64,000 nt of DNA from Candidatus Poribacteria bacterium (GTDB lineage Bacteria > Poribacteria > WGA-4E > WGA-3G), in the NCBI GenBank assembly GCA_965205025.1, contig CBDBFU010000028.1, forward strand, positions 128,001 to 192,000, read 5' to 3'. Position numbers and translations under genes: made by a program. Positions within the stretch are counted from its first letter, which is position 1, and the number at the start of each line of letters is the position of its first letter. Below, piece after piece: positions 39,513-50,079 of the stretch. The notes beneath the pieces were generated by a model. That model was not told the DNA's origin. It saw nothing but the letters and a program-made list of their open reading frames with translations, and did no database searches.

Positions 39513-42500
39513 TTAGCGCGTCAGTGCGAGCTTTAGCATGACGAATTCAGGTTCAATACCATCATTCACTTCTATTTGACAGAAATAGATACCTCGAGCT
39601 AAGTCTTCGCCACTGCTGGATTTACCGTCCCAACCGATTGCATTAGAACCAGCACCGGCAGGATTCTTTGTATAGTTACCAGCATCCATTACCTCGTTAT
39701 CAACAAGGACTCGGACTGGACGTAATGTAGAATCCAATATTGTGATACTAACATTTGCCCTGCGTGCGAGTACAAGAGAAATCCGAGTATTCTTACTGAA
39801 TGGGTTCGGGTAGTTGAAGGGTGCTGCCCACATAATTGGGGTGTCTCCACGCTCGACAAAGAAACTAAACTCATAAACAGCTGTGTTAGCTTCACGAGCA
39901 CCTTTATTCTTCTCAGAGACATTCCCCTGTTGATGTGCGTTGTCAGACACTTCTAACTTGACCACATATTTCCCAGGTTCCAAGTCAGCAGGAGGTGTAT
40001 AATTCACCTGTGATGCAGACTTCTGCTTGGATGTGAGGTTAATCAATTGATCATTGAAGACAAACCTGATGGAATCAACATTGACACCTGTACCAGCATC
40101 AGAATAAGCAATCGAAATATTTGGTTTACGTTCTTCATCGTGTTTATATGTCAAACGAGAACCATTTTGTGGTGATGCCATTGTGATGATAGGTGCAGCG
40201 GTATCAAAGGTAACAGTGAAGCCACCTTTTGCGGTAGAGGAATTACCGTATCCATCTGTTGCTCGAACATTAATCGTGTATGTTCCCTCTTCAAGTGGAG
40301 CATCAGGATTGAAGTCTAAGCGTGTGATTCCTTCATTGGCTCTATCTTCGTCATCATCAGAAGTTTTACCCTTCACCTCTTTGCCTTCACTGTCCATTAG
40401 GGTAATAGACATTTCTTCTACACCAGTATCATCCGTTGCACTCGCCGAGATAGTCGGGAGTCCAGCAAGGACTGTACCAGAAGGTGTAATGTTTGTAATG
40501 GCAGGTGCTGCTTCATCTACTTCTACAGTGAATGTCCATCTGAATTCCTTCGAACCACCTTCACTTGCAGCTATCAATGTTATTGAATGTGTTCCTGCAT
40601 TAAAACTATGCGTAACTTCAAACTTATTACCAGCATTATCAACTGGGTAAGAATGAGTTGGTGCAGTGTCATTAATCAGGTATTTCACACTCAAGAGATC
40701 AGACTCAGGATCAGAGATATCAGCGGAGATAGTTATTCCCATATCCTCATCAGCAACATCAGCTTTATTCAAGCGAACGACTCCTGTCGGAGCGTATGCT
40801 GAGATTATAGGTGCTGTCTTATCTTTCATCACTGAGAAAACGACCGAAGCTTCTGCTGTCTTCTTATTTGCATCAGTAACTTCAACAACAACAGTGTGCT
40901 CGCCGTCACCCAATGCTGGATCAACTGTATATGTGAGTTGGTTATCTTCAACTTCACCATCGGCATCTTCACCATTAATTGTAAATGTAGTTACATTAAC
41001 TTCCGTGGAACCCATGAATTCAGCCCTAATCACTGGTGTGCCGTGATCATAGGTTTGACCAGAAGCAGGTGAAAGGATTGAAACAGAAGGTCCAGGAATA
41101 TCAACAGTAAAGACAGTAGTTGCTTGTGCAGTCTTGCCATTGGCATCCGTCACTTCAACTGAAATTGTATGGTCGCCATGTGCTAATGCTTCAGCAAGAT
41201 CATGAGTAAATTGATTACCATCAACCTTTACTTCTGCATCTTCACCGTTAATAGAGAGTTTCACTTCTACTGGAGCGACACCTGTGAATTCACCAGCAAT
41301 AACGGGTGACCCATTATCATAGGTTAGACCTGCAGCGGGTGACTTAATTGTTACAGTAGGTTCAGGTAATCTTACGGAAAATACTGCAGTTGCTTTGGCT
41401 GTTTTACCATTCGCATCCACAACTTCTGCTACGACTGTGTATTCCCCATCATCTAAACCATCAGCAGGTGTAAATGTAAATTCGTTACCATCTACCTCTA
41501 CTTCAAGTTCTTCATCGTTAACCATTACTGTCAATTCAGGATCCACACCTGAAAATTCACCTTGAAGCATTGGTTTACCATGATCGAACAATTGTCCTGA
41601 CGCCGGTGAATGAATTGCTACTGAAGGACCAGGAATATCAACGGTAAAGACCGATGAAGTCTCAGCAGTCCTTCCATTTCCATCTGTTATTTCAACAGCA
41701 ATCGTATGTTCACCATGACTCAGAGCATCAGCCGGAGTATATGTGAATTCGTTGTTGTCGTTCACAGATGCTTCTACTACATTACCATCAATTGTCAATG
41801 CAACTACAATCTCATCAGCACCAGAGAAATTACCAGATATGACTGGTTTACCGTGGTCTAAAATCTGACCAGCAGTCGGTGATAGAATTGCAACTGTAGG
41901 TACAGGTAAACTAACGGAAAATACAACGGTTGCTTTGGCTGTTTTACCATTCGCATCTGTCGCTACTGCGACGACTGAATATTCACCATCACCGATTCCA
42001 ACTGGTGGGGTAAATGTAAACTCATTACCATCTACAACAACTGGAATAGCTTGACCATTAACTGTTACTGCAACTGTAGCCTCAACACCTGAGAACTCAC
42101 CTTGAAGCATTGGTTTACCGTGATCAAACATTTGTCCTGCAGCAGGTGAATGAATAGCTACCGTAGGACCAGGAATATCAACGGTAAAGACCGATGAAGT
42201 CTCAGCAGTTCTGCCATTTCCATCTGTCACTTCAACAGCAATCGTATGTTCACCATGACTCAGAGCATCAGCCGGAGTATATGTGAATTCGTTGTTGTCG
42301 TTCACAGATGCTTCTACTGCATTACCATCAATTGTCAATGCAACTACAATCTCATCAGCACCAGAGAAATTACCAGATATGACTGGTTTACCGTGGTCTA
42401 AAATCTGACCAGCAGTCGGTGATAGAATTGCAACTGTAGGTACAGGTAAACTAACGGAAAATACAACGGTTGCTTTGGCTGTTTTACCATTCGCATCTGT

Positions 42501-45500
42501 CGCTACTGCGACGACTGAATACTCACCATCATCTATTCCAACCGGTGGGGTAAATGTAAACTCATTACCATCTACAACAACTGGAATAGCTTGACCATTA
42601 ACTGTTACTGCAACTGTAGCCTCAACACCTGAGAACTCACCTTGAAGCATTGGTTTACCGTGATCAAACACTTGTCCCGCAGCAGGTGAATGAATAACTA
42701 CTGAAGGACCAGGAATATCAACGGTAAAGACCGATGAAGTCTCAGCAGTTCTGCCATTTCCATCTGTCACTTCAACAGCAATCGTATGTTCACCATGACT
42801 CAGAGCATCAGCCGGAGTATATGTGAATTCGTTGTTGTCGTTTACAGATGCTTCTACAGCATTACCATCAATTGTTAATGCAACTACAATCTCATCTGCA
42901 CCTGAGAAATTACCAGATATGACTGGTTTACCGTGGTCTAAAGTCTGACCAGCAGTTGGTGTTAGAATTGCAACTGTAGGTACAGGTAAACTAACGGAAA
43001 ATATAACGGTTGCTTTGGCTGTTTTACCATTCGCATCTGTCGCTACTGCGACGACTGAATATTCACCATCATCTATTCCAACTGGTGGTGTAAATGTAAA
43101 CTCATTACCATCTACAACAACTGGAATAGCTTGACCATTAACTGTTACTGCAACTGTAGCCTCAACACCTGAGAACTCACCTTGAAGCATCGGCATACCG
43201 TGATCATAGGTTTGTCCTGGAGCAGGTGAATGAATAGCTACCATAGGACCGGGAATATCAACGGTAAATATAGTGGATGTCATAGCAGTCTTTCCGTTAG
43301 CATCTGTAACTTCAACGGCGACTGTATGTTCACCATGACTTAACTCCATTGCAGGAGTGTAAGAGAATTGATTACCGCTTGTTTCCACTGCAACAGTCTC
43401 TCCATCAATAGAAAGTGCAACCATTACAGGATCAGCGCCAGTAAATTCACCCGTTATAATAGGTGTACCATGGTTATATACTTGAGTTGGTTCTGGTGAT
43501 AGAATTGCCACTGTCGGAATAGGTAATGTAATTGTAAAGGTTAAACCTGTCTGAGATGTTAATCCACTACCATCCGTAACTTCAACAGAGACGTTATGAT
43601 CGCCTTCAATGAAACCACCATCAGGCATATAAGTGAAGTTGTTTCCCTCTACATCCGCGGTTACATCAGCATCATTGACCATAAACTTCGTAATGTTTAC
43701 CTCACCACCACCAGTATAGAAACCGGTGATACTTGCTGGACTTGCATCAAATTGTTGTCCAGAAGCAGGGGCAGTTATTACGACTGTTGGGTTGATACCT
43801 TCTACAGCAAATGCGACTGAATGATTACCGATGTTACCAAGACTATCACTTACCTGAACAGCGAACTTATAGGCTCCACCTGCAAGTTTGTCTATTCGTG
43901 TATAGACGACAGAATCGCCATCTTGTTCAACCATACCTTGGTCAACATCAATCGGCATCTCTTCCTGAGTGTCGCTGTTAGGACGTAGCCGTGCTAAACT
44001 TACAGCTGCTGTATTATCAGCACTTACACCGACACCTAAATCGCCATCGTTATAGGTCGCCTGGAGGGTTGGCAAGTCATTGACTGTTGCCCCTTCAGTA
44101 GGCGTTACAAATTCAACCATTGGACCGGTGTTATCAAGATTAATCATTGCTAATGGGAAGGCTACCGAACCGTTTCGTTTGGTAGCCTCACCATGGGGTG
44201 TATACCATCCGTCAACGACGCTGCCGAGTTCATCTGCCATTAATGAGAATGAATTCTCAGCATCACTACCAGCTGTATACATAACACGGTGACCATCAAC
44301 AAGGACGCCAGTAAGATCATCAACCATCAACGAACCATTATTCACATTGAAACTAACGGAGATAGAATCACGGAGTGGGATCGTTTCTGGGAGCTCACCT
44401 TCGACAAGTTCACCATCAACTGCTGTTACTGTTAGATCAGTAATATCACTGACACGGAAGTTGAGGACATGTACGGTGACTATCGGTGAAGGCATATCAA
44501 GTTCACCTTGAACTTGCCAGTTCCCGAATTCGTCTGCAACAAGCGCATGATACATATATGTACCATTTGCCAACTGACCAACATCAACAGTAACAGTGCC
44601 GTCTTCCAGACTACCATCTGTTGCTGTCATGTTTCCATCGGCATCAGTTTGTACGACTCTGATACTACCACCTTCATAGGTAATAGGATTAGCAGTTGGT
44701 TCAACAGTGAATATAGCAACGGGTGTATCAACGGTAGGATCAACAATACCGCCAACAGTGTAGCTGTCATCTTCATTAGCTTCAATTGAGCCAGCGGCAT
44801 CAGCAACATCTGTGATGTTTGTCGGACCGAGTGGTGGCACATCATCAAGATTGTCTAATGAGAAGGACGTTTCGACACCACCTCGTTCTAAATATTCATC
44901 CCGTTTTGGATATTCGACTTGAGCCAGATTTGCCGGTGTGAGTGCATACGCACGTACCACATACTGGTTCTCGTCTTCGACTACAGAGCGTTCAGAAGCA
45001 CCATCGCCTCGGTTGATTGTATCATCAAGTTTGATGGTATTTTCTGCTGTGACGGTATCTTCCAATGCCAACTTACGCGTATCCACTTTATAAGACCATT
45101 TCCTAAGGGTCGCGGGACTTGTCCCTTCTGCCTCAGAAATGTCAACAAGTGCACCAATAACACCAACATTCGTAATTCCAGCATTTACCTCAGGAATATC
45201 GTACAAATCTGTAATTGGCACTTCGGATACATTCACAAGTTCAGATGGCTCTGCAGTACCAGTAATACGTTCCCACGTATCATCAACGGGGCGTTTAACT
45301 TCAACACGAATGCCTTCGGTTGGAGCTGAAGTAGTACCGTGCGTATAGACATCGAAAGTGAGTTCACCTTGCGGTGCGCCACTGTCCGGATTTACCATGC
45401 CATCTGAATTCACAACGGCAATTGCTAATACACCCGGATCAGGTCTGTAGGAATTTTGGACATTAACTGTGACTTTATTGTCAACAGTCTCAATGATTTG

Positions 45501-48500
45501 ACCATCGGCATCACGATCATGGGATTGAATCCATTGCATATTCCCTTCCATGTCCGCGTCATAAGCCCTGGCATATACTTTAAAACTAAATACTTTGCCC
45601 TTTGGATTATAGATATTCTTGTCCGCATTTTCGATATATGCATCTTCCAAATATGTATCATTGTGGACATCATCATCTTCATCCATCAGTGTACCGACAT
45701 CAACAGTTACAGTAAAGACACCTGCTTCAGTTTCGGTTATATCCCCGATAATAGCACCTGCAGGTAGATCTGTGTTGAATTCCACGGATGCGTAGGTATC
45801 ACGTTTCGCTGTCGCTGTAATCGTGAACGTAACTACAGGAGATTCCGAGGTATATTTATCAACAAGACCGCCAACTGTATAAGTTCCGTCACCATTATCC
45901 ATAAAGACAGAATTTTCTGGGTCAATGCTTGTTGCGACGACGTTTGTCGGACCGAGTGGACCAACGTCGTCATCATTGTCTACTGAGAATTTTTCGGTAA
46001 ACGCATCGCCTTCAGCAACTCCAGCTTCATCCTTCCCCTCGGTGGTAACTGGGTACGCACGTACCATGTAACGGTTACCATCCAACTCTACATACGTCAT
46101 GTCAGGATCGGATGCAGCGTGTGCAGCATCAAGATCAGCTTCAGTGATACTGTCTGCTAAAGCAGTGGTATCAACATCAACAGACCATTTGACGTAGCTG
46201 CTGGTTGAATCAACGTGGGTATCTGAAGCCTCATAGACAGCTGCTAAAGTTTTACCTTTAAACATGGCATCGGCTGTCATAGCACCATCAACAACATTAT
46301 CACCATCAGGTGCAGTCTCGACTTCAGCAGTACCAACATCCATCCAATCGTTGCCGTCCATACTGACTTGAACCAGAATAGCAGTTGTCTCTGGCACTGT
46401 CCGACGTGCTGCATATCCATCAAGTGTGATTGTACCTTGCGGTGCACCACTATCCGGACTTCTCATCTTGATGGAATCTTGATCAACATCGGCAATCAAG
46501 ACCTTCGGATCAACTGGAAGCACATCCGCATCAAGATGTATTTTGAACATCTCTGATGTATGTGAAAACTCTAATTCATTAGTAGTTACAGTTTGAATAG
46601 CGACTTCAGAACCGGCAGCGACTAAGTCTTGGAAATCTGTTACTGTCCAATGGACTTGGATAGTATCACCAGCTGTTTTATCGGCTTCTTTCAAGTCAAA
46701 CGTATAATCAGGATCATCAGACGTTAAATCAGGATCATAAATTGTAACCCATTCTCCATCGGCATTCTGATACTGTACCTTGATTTTTCCTGGATGGACT
46801 GTCCGTTCAGTGAGTGTAACTGTTAGAGTGATCATATCAGTATTACTGTAGAGATGATCATTTTCATAGGAGTCAACTTTACCGTTATGGTTGATATCAC
46901 CTAAACTTGCGGCTGTTACCTTTGATCTATCAGTCTCAGGACCAACGATTCTTAGTCTTGTTGGTGGCACATGAGAACCGACATTAAAGACTGTATCAAT
47001 CCCCATAGCACGGATACCAAAATCACCAGTTAGGAGTGGTATATTTTCACCTTGGATAGGCATTCCCATGGGACGTGCCGGATCAAATACTAAAGGAATT
47101 AGATTAAAGTCTTGGATGACAGCTCCAAACAGGCCACCAATTAATTTTAGTTGCTCATCACTGAGTTTTATATTTAAATTAGCCAAGAATGGTCCTGCTA
47201 ATCCTGCAATATCAGCATTTAGCAAACCAATCAATGCATTTACATCTAATCCTGCCAATACTTGGATATTTGGATCTGTCTGTCCTTGTAATTCTTCTCG
47301 GATTCGATCCCAAATATCTGATGCTAACATTGAATTTTCAACTGTCAATGGCAACCAAGTGCCTACCGGATTTCCATCAGCATCCAAATCAATTAACTGA
47401 TAAAGGAAATATCCTGTAGCTGTATCAAAACCAACTGTGTCACCAATACCAACTGCGTTACTTGCATGTATGTTTAGTACAGATGGTAGTGATGAATCTT
47501 TAGCAGTAGCGACAAAAATACCATCTTTATTCAAATAACCTGCAGTATTTGCATCCGCGGGTTCGATTGCGATATCTGCTGTTGGCGCAGTGGTGTCAAC
47601 CGTTAGGTTCGCAGTAATATGATCAACTGCAGCACCATTTGCATTATATACAACCGCTTCAATCTTAGATGTGCCACCTATTGGCGAATCTTCAATTGAA
47701 CCGATATCTGCATACCATAGCGATTCAATAGCATTATCAACATCCCCTATAGTGAATACTGATGATAAACGCGGATCAAAATTGCCTTCAAATGTTGTAA
47801 ACAATGCATTGGCATTTCGTAGTATCAACCTTCCCAATTTGTTTACATCACTACCTTTAATTTTAAATTCAGATGCAGGTTTACCCAATTGGGGTAGGAC
47901 TATCGTTGCAACTTCTGCTGCGACATCTGGGGTAATCAGATCCTCAAGAATACCACGATCAGCAAATTGAAGGTTTTTGGGATCTGGCATTGACCAACTA
48001 CTTATAGTGTATGTATTAGTAGGATCAAGGCTGTGTGTACCTGCTTTTGAATCAAGTGCTTCAAAAACTGCTTCAGGATTAATTACCTCAAGCATGACAG
48101 GTTCAACCAATGTAACTTCAAAGTAGTAGTAAGTACTACCTTTGGGAAGGATACCTATCTTACTTTCCCAAACAACGCCGTTTTCACCATGCACTGGGTC
48201 CATATCAACGGCGATGTAATCTCCATCCAAACCTGTCTCTGAATACCGTAGCACAACACCTGAGAAGAGTTGGTTGCCTAAAGCTGGCCATGCAGGTAAG
48301 TTAGTTGCAGCAAGTGATTCCTCTAAACTGAAGACATAAGGAATCGTATCAGCTTGAAATTCATCGGTAGTTATTCGTTTTCCTTCACCGACGATGTAGT
48401 CGTCGATCCTGAATTCAACACGTCCTCCTTCAAGTGTAGACGGAACACGTACATTAAGATTTAGACTATCACTTGTGAGATACTTCTGTTTGAACGGACC

Positions 48501-49445
48501 TTCTGGATCATCAAGGTTGAAAATTGCGCTCAGCAGTGAAGGTGTAATTCCATTTCCAAAGTTATCAGGGTCCAACTGATCTTCATTAAGAGGATAGAAA
48601 GGAGACCGTGGATTCCGTGCAGTGAGTACTTGTTTAATTTGTTTCTTTGGTAGGAACCCTTTTGGAACTTGTGCAAGAATAATGTCAACAACATCATCAA
48701 CATATTCATCTGCTAAATCCTTAGATAATCCAGCAGCTTCAATCATATCTCTGATAAAGGCTCGTCCGTGTACTCTATTCAGGGAAAGTCCACCGAGTTT
48801 TGACTTGCCATTTATATTTGATGGAGTCAATTCAACAGGATCACCCATCCCTTCTTTTGGGGGGTCAGGTTTCACTGGTGGTGGTACAGGATCCACTGGT
48901 GGTGGTACAGGATCCACTGGTGGTACAGGATCCACTGGTGGTGGTACAGGATCCACTGGTGGTGGTACAGGATCCACTGGTGGTGGTACAGGATCGGTTG
49001 GAGTTGCCGCAGCAATCAACGCTGCGAGTTCATCAAGTGCAGTGGCAAGCTCATCACCCTTTAAACTAAGTAAAGCCACAGTGGTATTATCTTTTAGCAC
49101 TGCTTGGACATCCGCATCTGCTATCAAAGCAATGTGATCATCAGTTAGTGTGATACCTTGAGCCGCAGCAATGCCTTTTAACGTGGCTCCTGTAGGATCG
49201 GACGTAACTAAAGTGATAGCAGTATTGATTAGGGTCGGTATATCAAGAGGTGAGCCCTTAAGACCATCCAAAAGCGGTGGCAGGTGAACTTTCACGTCAT
49301 CACGCAAAAGTGTATCTTTATGTTCATCAAACACTTGTTGCGCTAAAGAGGCATCCTCTTGCGCTAACACAATGCCTGGGGTTAAACTGTGAAAAACACA
49401 CAATGTAAAAATCAAAAACGAAACAAAGAGTGTTCGTTTTTTCAT
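39513..49445 (-). CDS. Giant (3310 aa) secreted acidic Ig-like repeat surface protein with C-terminal T9SS-A/FlgD-like domain
   Basis: Signal peptide; Pro linker; many ~90-aa Big-type repeats; NYPNPF...WDG...GIYF; GAGGAGG RBS. Confidence 0.9.
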   Translation of the reverse strand: MKKRTLFVSFLIFTLCVFHSLTPGIVLAQEDASLAQQVFDEHKDTLLRDDVKVHLPPLLDGLKGSPLDIPTLINTAITLVTSDPTGATLKGIAAAQGITLTDDHIALIADADVQAVLKDNTTVALLSLKGDELATALDELAALIAAATPTDPVPPPVDPVPPPVDPVPPPVDPVPPVDPVPPPVDPVPPPVKPDPPKEGMGDPVELTPSNINGKSKLGGLSLNRVHGRAFIRDMIEAAGLSKDLADEYVDDVVDIILAQVPKGFLPKKQIKQVLTARNPRSPFYPLNEDQLDPDNFGNGITPSLLSAIFNLDDPEGPFKQKYLTSDSLNLNVRVPSTLEGGRVEFRIDDYIVGEGKRITTDEFQADTIPYVFSLEESLAATNLPAWPALGNQLFSGVVLRYSETGLDGDYIAVDMDPVHGENGVVWESKIGILPKGSTYYYFEVTLVEPVMLEVINPEAVFEALDSKAGTHSLDPTNTYTISSWSMPDPKNLQFADRGILEDLITPDVAAEVATIVLPQLGKPASEFKIKGSDVNKLGRLILRNANALFTTFEGNFDPRLSSVFTIGDVDNAIESLWYADIGSIEDSPIGGTSKIEAVVYNANGAAVDHITANLTVDTTAPTADIAIEPADANTAGYLNKDGIFVATAKDSSLPSVLNIHASNAVGIGDTVGFDTATGYFLYQLIDLDADGNPVGTWLPLTVENSMLASDIWDRIREELQGQTDPNIQVLAGLDVNALIGLLNADIAGLAGPFLANLNIKLSDEQLKLIGGLFGAVIQDFNLIPLVFDPARPMGMPIQGENIPLLTGDFGIRAMGIDTVFNVGSHVPPTRLRIVGPETDRSKVTAASLGDINHNGKVDSYENDHLYSNTDMITLTVTLTERTVHPGKIKVQYQNADGEWVTIYDPDLTSDDPDYTFDLKEADKTAGDTIQVHWTVTDFQDLVAAGSEVAIQTVTTNELEFSHTSEMFKIHLDADVLPVDPKVLIADVDQDSIKMRSPDSGAPQGTITLDGYAARRTVPETTAILVQVSMDGNDWMDVGTAEVETAPDGDNVVDGAMTADAMFKGKTLAAVYEASDTHVDSTSSYVKWSVDVDTTALADSITEADLDAAHAASDPDMTYVELDGNRYMVRAYPVTTEGKDEAGVAEGDAFTEKFSVDNDDDVGPLGPTNVVATSIDPENSVFMDNGDGTYTVGGLVDKYTSESPVVTFTITATAKRDTYASVEFNTDLPAGAIIGDITETEAGVFTVTVDVGTLMDEDDDVHNDTYLEDAYIENADKNIYNPKGKVFSFKVYARAYDADMEGNMQWIQSHDRDADGQIIETVDNKVTVNVQNSYRPDPGVLAIAVVNSDGMVNPDSGAPQGELTFDVYTHGTTSAPTEGIRVEVKRPVDDTWERITGTAEPSELVNVSEVPITDLYDIPEVNAGITNVGVIGALVDISEAEGTSPATLRKWSYKVDTRKLALEDTVTAENTIKLDDTINRGDGASERSVVEDENQYVVRAYALTPANLAQVEYPKRDEYLERGGVETSFSLDNLDDVPPLGPTNITDVADAAGSIEANEDDSYTVGGIVDPTVDTPVAIFTVEPTANPITYEGGSIRVVQTDADGNMTATDGSLEDGTVTVDVGQLANGTYMYHALVADEFGNWQVQGELDMPSPIVTVHVLNFRVSDITDLTVTAVDGELVEGELPETIPLRDSISVSFNVNNGSLMVDDLTGVLVDGHRVMYTAGSDAENSFSLMADELGSVVDGWYTPHGEATKRNGSVAFPLAMINLDNTGPMVEFVTPTEGATVNDLPTLQATYNDGDLGVGVSADNTAAVSLARLRPNSDTQEEMPIDVDQGMVEQDGDSVVYTRIDKLAGGAYKFAVQVSDSLGNIGNHSVAFAVEGINPTVVITAPASGQQFDASPASITGFYTGGGEVNITKFMVNDADVTADVEGNNFTYMPDGGFIEGDHNVSVEVTDGSGLTSQTGLTFTITLPIPTVAILSPEPTQVYNHGTPIITGEFTGADPVMVALSIDGETVAVETSGNQFSYTPAMELSHGEHTVAVEVTDANGKTAMTSTIFTVDIPGPMVAIHSPAPGQTYDHGMPMLQGEFSGVEATVAVTVNGQAIPVVVDGNEFTFTPPVGIDDGEYSVVAVATDANGKTAKATVIFSVSLPVPTVAILTPTAGQTLDHGKPVISGNFSGADEIVVALTIDGNAVEASVNDNNEFTYTPADALSHGEHTIAVEVTDGNGRTAETSSVFTVDIPGPSVVIHSPAAGQVFDHGKPMLQGEFSGVEATVAVTVNGQAIPVVVDGNEFTFTPPVGIDDGEYSVVAVATDANGKTAKATVVFSVSLPVPTVAILSPTAGQILDHGKPVISGNFSGADEIVVALTIDGNAVEASVNDNNEFTYTPADALSHGEHTIAVEVTDGNGRTAETSSVFTVDIPGPTVAIHSPAAGQMFDHGKPMLQGEFSGVEATVAVTVNGQAIPVVVDGNEFTFTPPVGIGDGEYSVVAVATDANGKTAKATVVFSVSLPVPTVAILSPTAGQILDHGKPVISGNFSGADEIVVALTIDGNVVEASVNDNNEFTYTPADALSHGEHTIAVEITDGNGRTAETSSVFTVDIPGPSVAIHSPASGQLFDHGKPMLQGEFSGVDPELTVMVNDEELEVEVDGNEFTFTPADGLDDGEYTVVAEVVDANGKTAKATAVFSVRLPEPTVTIKSPAAGLTYDNGSPVIAGEFTGVAPVEVKLSINGEDAEVKVDGNQFTHDLAEALAHGDHTISVEVTDANGKTAQATTVFTVDIPGPSVSILSPASGQTYDHGTPVIRAEFMGSTEVNVTTFTINGEDADGEVEDNQLTYTVDPALGDGEHTVVVEVTDANKKTAEASVVFSVMKDKTAPIISAYAPTGVVRLNKADVADEDMGITISADISDPESDLLSVKYLINDTAPTHSYPVDNAGNKFEVTHSFNAGTHSITLIAASEGGSKEFRWTFTVEVDEAAPAITNITPSGTVLAGLPTISASATDDTGVEEMSITLMDSEGKEVKGKTSDDDEDRANEGITRLDFNPDAPLEEGTYTINVRATDGYGNSSTAKGGFTVTFDTAAPIITMASPQNGSRLTYKHDEERKPNISIAYSDAGTGVNVDSIRFVFNDQLINLTSKQKSASQVNYTPPADLEPGKYVVKLEVSDNAHQQGNVSEKNKGAREANTAVYEFSFFVERGDTPIMWAAPFNYPNPFSKNTRISLVLARRANVSITILDSTLRPVRVLVDNEVMDAGNYTKNPAGAGSNAIGWDGKSSSGEDLARGIYFCQIEVNDGIEPEFVMLKLALTR
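41560..43270 (-). repeat. 540-bp near-identical intragenic tandem repeat (about 3 copies, two Ig domains each)
   Basis: ACGGTAAAGACCGATGAAGT at 41641, 42181, 42721. Confidence 0.92.
48873..48995 (-). repeat. 21-bp minisatellite encoding (DPVPPPV)x6, one copy 18 bp
   Basis: CCACTGGTGGTGGTACAGGAT tandem units. Confidence 0.92.
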
Positions 49446-49907
49446 TAACTTTTCCTCCTCGTTAAGTCACGCTAAAACGAGACTAAATACTGAAGTTTTA
49501 AATGGGCGATAAACACGACATAAAAGACCGGAGGTAGGTGTTTGCCCATCCAAATAACATCCTACTACCAAGTATAAAAATTCTTTTTCCTACTACGTAA
49601 GTCAACCCAAAGATAGTGTTAACATATCTTGAATAAATGTCAAAAGCAGCAATTCTTGGCACCGAAGATTGTAGCATCCCAATGTGGATACGAAGCGATA
49701 GTTTACCTAATAGATTCGGTTGATTACGTATATCTAATGTTTTATTGACTGAAAATGAGTCCATAATAAAGGAACATCGGATATTTTAACAAATGTCAAA
49801 ATAATACACAAGTATTTAATTGGAAAATAGTGTTTAATTCTTGTAAAAATATCAAATTTCCCATCCTATCATTTTATATCAACGATTAAATTATAGTCAT
49901 AGATAAC

Positions 49908-49936
49908 ATATTACCATAAATTAAAATATAAGTCAA
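49908..49936 (-). promoter_or_regulatory. Sigma70 promoter for the giant-protein operon
   Basis: TTGACT-N17-TAATAT with TG extended -10 on the minus strand. Confidence 0.45.
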
Positions 49937-50018
49937 ATGATTTTCTTAATTTATGTATACAAATTCTTACCTTTTTAGTATTGATATTTCCAATTTACAA
50001 TTGGCAAAAATCTATTAA

Positions 50019-50046
50019 TTGACAGAATACTATTAAAGGTTAAAAT
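50019..50046 (+). promoter_or_regulatory. Sigma70 promoter for the second phyH-family gene
   Basis: TTGACA-N16-TAAAAT. Confidence 0.5.
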
Positions 50047-50079
50047 TGTCAACAAAGATTCATGTTGGAGAAAATAGGT

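Noticed and set aside
40183-49137. Plus-strand ORFs inside the giant gene, including the GGTGST-repeat ORF
   Set aside because: Antisense shadows of a repetitive, codon-biased real gene
49500-49552. c-di-GMP-I riboswitch (GGGCAAAC on the minus strand)
   Set aside because: No GNRA-capped stem or GACGCAAA follows; kept only as a generic leader hairpin
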